This document shows positions 27,077 through 32,000 of a DNA stretch of 32,000 nucleotides, one piece after another. This DNA is from Sedimentisphaera cyanobacteriorum (GTDB taxonomy: Bacteria > Planctomycetota > Phycisphaerae > Sedimentisphaerales > Sedimentisphaeraceae). The stretch spans positions 510,001 through 542,000 of the forward strand of contig NZ_CP019633.1 in NCBI RefSeq assembly GCF_001997385.1, read 5' to 3'. How positions within the stretch are numbered: the first letter of the stretch is position 1; each line of letters begins with the position of its first letter. The position numbers and the translations under genes are program-made. The notes below the pieces were generated by a model. It was not told the origin of the DNA. It did no database searches and saw nothing but the letters and a program-made list of their open reading frames with translations.

Positions 27077-27092
27077 TACCGCCGAAGTCAGG
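27077..27092. repeat. IS right terminal inverted repeat
   Basis: TACCGCCGAAGTCAGG is the exact reverse complement of 25221-25236. Confidence 0.9.
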
Positions 27093-27193
27093 AAGAAGCT
27101 TAGGCTCTCCCGCAACCGCCCTTAAAAGCAGACACATCATCATTTCGCCGGTTGACAGGGTGGCTATACGACGGGTTTTGAAATGCTGAATTT
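27093..27193. repeat. Right copy of the 101-bp direct repeat (target-site duplication)
   Basis: Identical to 25120-25220. Confidence 0.9.
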
Positions 27194-27593
27194 TATACTT
27201 CTCGAGCAGATCTTCAGCCTTTTGCGAGGCCTTCTTATCTTCGCTCTTGAGCCAAGAGGCGGGCATAATTGTTCCGGTAACGCCGGTTTTGATCAGCTCT
27301 AAAACAGTAAGACGTTTGGAGAATTCCGGCGTTCTCGAGAGGCTCAAAATTCCGATATCCTTGCGGATTTCCGGCAGATTAACCTTGCCGAATTTCTCGC
27401 CGCAAAACCAGACGCTCCCCTCGCTTGCCCAGTCGTAGCCGGATATAAGTGAGAGCAGCGAGGATTTGCCCGAGCCGTTTGCTCCTATAAGCCCGCAGCA
27501 CTCACCGGCTGATATGGAGAGGTTAATCCCGTCCAATATACGTTTGCCGTATTTATCAAGGCATACGTTTTCCAAACGAATTATTTTGCTCAT
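27093..27593 (-). pseudogene. ABC transporter ATP-binding protein, 5' fragment (possibly ModF/YlmA-like orphan ATPase)
   Basis: Starts MSKIIRLENV and carries Walker A GANGSGKS and the Q-loop region. It runs into the IS at 27092, where 8 foreign codons (PDFGGKFS) and a stop at 27066 follow. Removing the IS and one repeat copy restores a protein of roughly 260 aa. Confidence 0.85.
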
Positions 27594-27610
27594 TTTTCAC
27601 TGCCGGCTGA

Positions 27611-29578
27611 TTAATATTGCTTGGGCTTTGGCTTGCGTTTCTTGCCGCCTTTTCTGTTCGCCGGAACTACAACCCGCTTATCCTTATCGTCCTGTTCTTT
27701 GATATGCTTGCGAATTACCTTCTGCTCAAAAACGCCGCCGAACGAACTGGCCATAATATACAGATTCAGCCCTGAGGGAGCTTTGTAGAGGAATACGAGC
27801 ATAAGTATAGGCATCATAATCCGCATTATTTTCTGCTGCTGAGCAACTTCCGGGCTGGTAGCTCCTGGCTGCGCTGTGCTCATAAGCTTTTGCTGCATAA
27901 AAAGAGCCACTGAAAGAAGCAGAGGAAGCAGGTTGAATGAGCCTATTTCAATCCCTATAAAAGGAATTGTGAACGGGCTGAAGGTGATAAGGGCATCAGG
28001 CGAAGAGAGGTCTGTTATCCAGAACGGCAAAAAGCCTGCCCCCCTCAAATCAACGCTTGAGTATATCGCAGAATACAGCGAAACCCAGATCGGCATCTGT
28101 ATCAGCATTGGAACAAACCCCAGCATAGGCGATGCCCCCTGGTCTTTATACAGCTGCATTACATGCTGATTCATTTCCTTAGGAGTGTCTTTGTATTTCT
28201 TCTTTATCTCTTCAACCTGCGGGCCGAGCTTGCTCATCTTCATCATCGAAACCTGCCCCTTCTTTGTGAGAGGGTGCAGAATGAGCCTAACAAGGAACAC
28301 GAGGATGATAATTATGATTCCGTAGTTGGGGATGAACCCGTAGCAGAAGTTCATAAATGCGAGGATTGCAAATGTGATAGGGCGGAAGAGGTTTCCGCAG
28401 CACGCACGAAAATCAATCGCATGTATAAAATGAAGCTTCTTGTATATCGGTTCATTTTCGAAGATGCTCTTTTCTTTCGGTCCGAGATAGGTGATCATCT
28501 TTATTATCTGTTTGCTGTTTTCACTGCCTGCAGGCTGAAGTGTAATATCATCGAATTTGAGCAGGTAAGCAAGGCTCTCAGTGCCGTTTGTGTTTGGCTG
28601 GTCGCCCTCAGATTTCCCCTTAATCAGCTTGCTGTCGTAATATCTTGCCCTGTCCGGCAGTACGCGGCAGTCTTTGGTTATAGGCTTTAGTATGCAGGTG
28701 AAATATTTGTTGCCGTTTGCTATCCAGTTGAATTTGCCGGCGCCTTTCGGGGCCTTTATCTGAACGTCTTCCAGCTCTTTTTCAATGCCGGTGTTCATAT
28801 AATCGATCTCGGCCTTGCGTGCTGTTTTGAGCTCGATTTTGCTGGATTTAATCTTGTCCCCTTCTTCGCCTTCATAAAACGCGCTTACGATGCTCCTGCC
28901 GTCCATACGAACGCCTTCTCTGATAAAGCCCACCGGCCCGTGAACCTGAAATACCGGCTTTAAGACCTGATCGGAGAGATTTTCGAGAGTGAAATAAACC
29001 TCGAAATGCTGCTTTTCCGGCAGAAGGAGAAATGTTTTCTTGATCCTGAGCACTTCCCCGAAGCCCTCGCTCGAAAGAACTGCGGTGAAGCTTAAGCTTT
29101 CGCTGCCTTTATCGTTTCTCTTAACCTGCCCGGCCTTCCAGTTGAGCTTGCCCAGCGGAAATCTGCCTGGTATCCCCTTGAACCAGAGGTATGTGTTTTT
29201 CAGTGAATAGGCCTTTCCTGCTTCGAGCCTTGATACAGGAGCAAGGGCGAGGAACGGGTCTTCTTCGCTTCCGCGTTTGTAGTAGCCGTTCAGACGGGCA
29301 TACTTGATAGAAGCCCCTTCATTGGTAAGCTGAAGCTCGAACTGGTATGGAGAGTCTTTCTGTACAGACCCGAGAATATAATCTCTCTGTTCTTCTCCCG
29401 AGGCGGAAAGCTTTGTGAAGTCTATTTCAGGGCGGCCTGAGTTTTCTTCGCCGTCAGTTTGACCTTCATTTTCTGCGCTGAAGGCTGCTGAGGCAGTAAA
29501 GAGGACAGCCGCCAGTAGGAGCAGTAATTTGCCCAAAGTTTTATCCGGTGAATATATATTGTAAGCTTTGTTATTCAT
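27611..29578 (-). CDS. yidC: Membrane protein insertase YidC (long form with a large periplasmic domain)
   Basis: 655 aa with an N-terminal TM segment and a large periplasmic domain. The conserved core reads IIIILVFLVRLILHPLTKKGQVSMMKMSKLGPQVEEIKKKYKD...MQLYKDQGASPMLGFVPMLIQMPIWVSLY. The C-terminal tail is basic (RKGGKKRKPKPKQY). Confidence 0.93.
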   Translation of the reverse strand: MNNKAYNIYSPDKTLGKLLLLLAAVLFTASAAFSAENEGQTDGEENSGRPEIDFTKLSASGEEQRDYILGSVQKDSPYQFELQLTNEGASIKYARLNGYYKRGSEEDPFLALAPVSRLEAGKAYSLKNTYLWFKGIPGRFPLGKLNWKAGQVKRNDKGSESLSFTAVLSSEGFGEVLRIKKTFLLLPEKQHFEVYFTLENLSDQVLKPVFQVHGPVGFIREGVRMDGRSIVSAFYEGEEGDKIKSSKIELKTARKAEIDYMNTGIEKELEDVQIKAPKGAGKFNWIANGNKYFTCILKPITKDCRVLPDRARYYDSKLIKGKSEGDQPNTNGTESLAYLLKFDDITLQPAGSENSKQIIKMITYLGPKEKSIFENEPIYKKLHFIHAIDFRACCGNLFRPITFAILAFMNFCYGFIPNYGIIIIILVFLVRLILHPLTKKGQVSMMKMSKLGPQVEEIKKKYKDTPKEMNQHVMQLYKDQGASPMLGFVPMLIQMPIWVSLYSAIYSSVDLRGAGFLPFWITDLSSPDALITFSPFTIPFIGIEIGSFNLLPLLLSVALFMQQKLMSTAQPGATSPEVAQQQKIMRIMMPILMLVFLYKAPSGLNLYIMASSFGGVFEQKVIRKHIKEQDDKDKRVVVPANRKGGKKRKPKPKQY

Positions 29579-30354
29579 TATCTTCCTTCAATAAGTCTAT
29601 CGGCTTCGAAGTTGTCGAGCATTGGGATGCTGTAAATCTTTTCGGAAATGTTGGCAATATCGTATTCCAGCCGTACAAAATACACCTTGTTGTCCTGCAC
29701 GTAAGCATAGCTTGCTCTTTTATCTCTGTCTCTTGGCTGGCCAACTGAACCAACGTTTATAATAGCCTTTTCCTCAGGCTCAATCGGGTAGTAATCTCCG
29801 AGTTCATCGGGCGTGTAGAAGTCCGGGTCTTCCAGAAACACGCCAGGCAGGTGTGTATGCCCGATGAAGCAGATATTTTTTACGTTGTCAAAAAGCGAGG
29901 TAACCTTCGCAGGCGAGGTGAAGATGTCGTCAGGGAAAACGTATTCATTTATCGGCCTTCTCGGCGATGCATGAACCATATCCACATTAATTTTCTGCCC
30001 TTCAGCTTCCAATCCGAAGCTGTATCTCATCGGCAGTCCTGCAAGAAAGCTCCATCTTTTTTCAGCCAGCTTCACTTCTTTTTCCGTGCAGAGCTGCTCG
30101 CGAGTCCAGTATGCAGCGAGCTCTGCGCCGTAGTTGAAGTTCGTAGGCTCGTAAAGCACTGCATAATCGTGGTTGCCCATTATGCAGGTATCTGTTTTCT
30201 CTATGATAAGATCAAGGCATTCAAACGGATAAGGCCCGTATCCCAAAACATCCCCAAGGCAGATAATTTTCTTTATGCCTCTGTTTTCGATGTCCTCGAG
30301 TACTGTGTTTAATGCTTCAATGTTTGAGTGAATATCGCTGATAATTGCAAACAT
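29578..30354 (-). CDS. Metallophosphoesterase (calcineurin-like, YfcE/MJ0936-type)
   Basis: 258 aa with the motifs ISDIHSN, CLGDVLGYGP, GNHD and GHTH. Its TAA stop shares one nucleotide with the yidC ATG (TAATG at 29576-29580 on the minus strand). Confidence 0.8.
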   Translation of the reverse strand: MFAIISDIHSNIEALNTVLEDIENRGIKKIICLGDVLGYGPYPFECLDLIIEKTDTCIMGNHDYAVLYEPTNFNYGAELAAYWTREQLCTEKEVKLAEKRWSFLAGLPMRYSFGLEAEGQKINVDMVHASPRRPINEYVFPDDIFTSPAKVTSLFDNVKNICFIGHTHLPGVFLEDPDFYTPDELGDYYPIEPEEKAIINVGSVGQPRDRDKRASYAYVQDNKVYFVRLEYDIANISEKIYSIPMLDNFEADRLIEGR

Positions 30355-30366
30355 AGCTATTTCCGA

Positions 30367-31059
30367 TTATTCTTCAAAGGTTTCCATAAATTTGACCGCT
30401 GCTTTATCAAGGCATCCGGCCGAGCCGGGGATTATGTCTGCTTTCTTGTGATACTTTTCTATAGGGCTTGCTGCCATACGTGCAAGCGAACTGCTGCAGA
30501 TTACCTCTAATCCGTCTGAGCCGATCCAGCTAGAGCGCATTACGGTGAAGCTCATCATCATTGCCGAGATCACATCCGCCTCTTCACGCTCAAGATTGAG
30601 GCTTATCGGAGCAAGACTCGAAAAGGCCTGATAAGCCTTAGGCCCGTAGAGGCCGAACATCGCTGTATTCTCCGTAATATCCCTTACAGCAGTCCCGCCG
30701 CCTGCAGCTTCATCTTTGAGAAGTTTTAAAACGCTCGCGTTATTTGCCGGATGGCTTATAACAAGCGCCTTCCCGCCGGCAGTTACTGTTCTAACCACCC
30801 CGCAGGAGAGTCTGCTGAAACTGCATTCGCCTTCGCGGAGCTTCCCGCCTGCGAGCTTCTCAGCGAACTGCTTGAAGCCTTGGCCTGTAATCTCGAATCT
30901 TCCGAATGGAGTAAGGTCGAATGCTATGTTCGATTTGAACAGGGCATCTTCGCACGAAGGGAATTCCGGAAAATCTGCAGGCATATTCCATCCGTAGTAT
31001 TCGGAGAAAACTGCACCGAACCTCTCGTAAAGCTCTGTAAGAGGGCTGATTTTTAGCAT
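30367..31059 (-). CDS. Short GcvT/aminomethyltransferase-like folate-binding-fold protein
   Basis: 230 aa. SPLTELYERFGAVFSEYYGWNMPADF...AFDLTPFGRFEITGQG...FGLYGPKA...SWIGSDGLEVIC follows the N-terminal two-thirds of the GcvT pattern. The C-terminal domain of full-length GcvT/YgfZ appears to be absent. Confidence 0.45.
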   Translation of the reverse strand: MLKISPLTELYERFGAVFSEYYGWNMPADFPEFPSCEDALFKSNIAFDLTPFGRFEITGQGFKQFAEKLAGGKLREGECSFSRLSCGVVRTVTAGGKALVISHPANNASVLKLLKDEAAGGGTAVRDITENTAMFGLYGPKAYQAFSSLAPISLNLEREEADVISAMMMSFTVMRSSWIGSDGLEVICSSSLARMAASPIEKYHKKADIIPGSAGCLDKAAVKFMETFEE

Positions 31060-31197
31060 AATCTACAATTTTAATTTGGTTTAATAAATTTTAAGGCTGC
31101 ACCGAAATGCAAAACATAAACAACCCCAGATTATGGTTTATTTGGCTTGCGAATCAACACTGTTTATAAAATTTTCGCCTGCCTTTGTATAATTATT

Positions 31198-32000
31198 TTA
31201 TATCAGCCGGCATATAAGGTCGTAATCGCTTGTATCGGCAACTTCCGCCTCAATAAATTTTCCGGGTTCAATCTGCTTTTCCGGAACTGCGCACACGCTG
31301 TCTATCTCAGGGGCCTGGCCGTAATACCGTGCCTGCGTATAGTCTTCGCAGAAGCCTTCGGTTAGCAGGGTTAGCTTTTTGCCCTGCATATTGCGGTTTT
31401 TTCGGAAGGCGATTTCCTGCTGGGCTCTCATAATCTGACCAACCCTTTTCTGCTTTATCTCTTCAGGCAGCTGATTATCCATCCTGCCTGCGGGGGTGTC
31501 TTTTTCGGGGCAGAAGGCAAACGCGCCGAGTGCATCAAATTCTGCCCATTTTATAAATTTGAGCAGTTTATTGTGTTTTTCTTCAGTCTCGCCCGGATAA
31601 CCCGATATCACAGTTGTTCTGAGTACAGGCTTATCCAGCTTCGCCCTTATCTTTTCAATAAGCTCGGCAGTTTTCTCTTCAGTATCCGTTCTCCGCATTG
31701 ATTTTAGCAGTTCGTTGTCTATATGCTGGATTGGCATATCGATATAATTTAGGATCTTTTTGTGCGAAGCGATAGTGTCTAAGAGCTTATCGCTCACGGA
31801 GGCCGGATAGAGATACAGAATCCTTATCCACTCTAAATCTGTTTTGGCAAGCTCTTCAAGCAGCTCGCAGAGCCCGTCTTCAAGACCAATATCCTTGCCG
31901 TAGCCGGTGGTGTCTTGCGCGATTAGATTCACCTCACGAACCCCGTTCTCGCTTAGAACCTGCGCCTCGCGGATTATCTCAGCCTTAGGCTTGCTCCGGA
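31198..32000 (-). CDS. rimO: Ribosomal protein S12 methylthiotransferase RimO (radical SAM plus TRAM); the 5' end lies outside the window
   Basis: The frame stays open upstream of the listed GTG to the window edge (...KPKAEIIREAQVLSENGVREVNLIAQDTTGYG). Further matches: WIRILYLYP, YIDMPIQH, ISGYPGETEE, and the C-terminal TRAM-like block YGQAPEIDSV...GKFIEAEVADTSDYDL. Confidence 0.85.
   Translation of the reverse strand, partial: RSKPKAEIIREAQVLSENGVREVNLIAQDTTGYGKDIGLEDGLCELLEELAKTDLEWIRILYLYPASVSDKLLDTIASHKKILNYIDMPIQHIDNELLKSMRRTDTEEKTAELIEKIRAKLDKPVLRTTVISGYPGETEEKHNKLLKFIKWAEFDALGAFAFCPEKDTPAGRMDNQLPEEIKQKRVGQIMRAQQEIAFRKNRNMQGKKLTLLTEGFCEDYTQARYYGQAPEIDSVCAVPEKQIEPGKFIEAEVADTSDYDLICRLI

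Larger units (their letters stand above)
25221..27092 (+). mobile_element. IS1634-family (IS4-like DDE) insertion sequence, 1,872 bp
   Basis: Bounded by perfect 16-bp terminal inverted repeats: CCTGACTTCGGCGGTA (25221-25236) and TACCGCCGAAGTCAGG (27077-27092). It carries a single 540-aa transposase ORF and is flanked by identical 101-bp direct repeats of the interrupted gene. Confidence 0.9.

Noticed and set aside
27055-27092. TTGACA near the IS right end as an outward-facing promoter into the flanking gene
   Set aside because: No acceptable -10 hexamer lies at 16-18 bp (ACCGCC). The flanking gene fragment is also on the opposite strand.
25120-27193. Alternative readings of the 101-bp repeat: a segmental duplication of the ABC gene, or part of the IS itself
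   Set aside because: The repeats directly abut perfect 16-bp terminal inverted repeats. They are host coding sequence in one continuous frame, and removing one copy restores a normal ABC ATPase. Target-site duplication is the simplest explanation, although only other IS copies or an empty site can prove it.
28163-28690. 175-aa plus-strand ORF inside yidC
   Set aside because: It lies entirely antisense to a well-supported yidC gene, has low-complexity or odd composition and no recognisable motifs or RBS. It is a typical shadow ORF.

Overview
This window looks like chromosomal DNA from a glycan-degrading bacterium. The domain repertoire suggests the PVC superphylum (Planctomycetota/Phycisphaerae- or Kiritimatiellota-like), but that is inference only. 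All family calls come from motif recognition by eye; no searches were run.

Layout, left to right:
- 3-581: truncated URO-D/MtaA-like gene.
- 711-15217: plus-strand carbohydrate-utilisation cluster. It holds a GH2-like hydrolase, an MFS sugar porter, three secreted LamG-domain proteins (two are tandem paralogs), a Cys-type formylglycine sulfatase and a large multidomain GH59 beta-galactosidase.
- 15500-17470: groES-groEL, followed by a small 2-TM ORF.
- 18133-21375: second GH2-like paralog on the minus strand, with an F5/8-type-C tail.
- 21836-24815: divergent operon of ECF sigma factor, FecR-type anti-sigma and a GH128-like hydrolase.
- 24832-27593: ABC ATPase gene split by an IS1634-family insertion sequence.
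- 27611-32000: minus-strand housekeeping block of yidC, a metallophosphoesterase, a short GcvT-like protein and rimO (truncated by the window edge).

I recognised no rRNA, tRNA or CRISPR array.

Most notable observations:
1. The IS is flanked by a perfect 101-bp duplication of target coding sequence.
2. The anti-sigma factor ends in an NPCBM-like carbohydrate-binding module, which suggests direct glycan sensing.
3. Four secreted proteins in the cluster share a short dockerin-like C-terminal tag, and no cohesin partner is in the window.
4. The cluster combines sulfatase, GH59 and GH2-like enzymes with an MFS porter, and has no SusC/D or TonB-dependent receptor.

Several weaker cis-element candidates are listed with explicit caveats.
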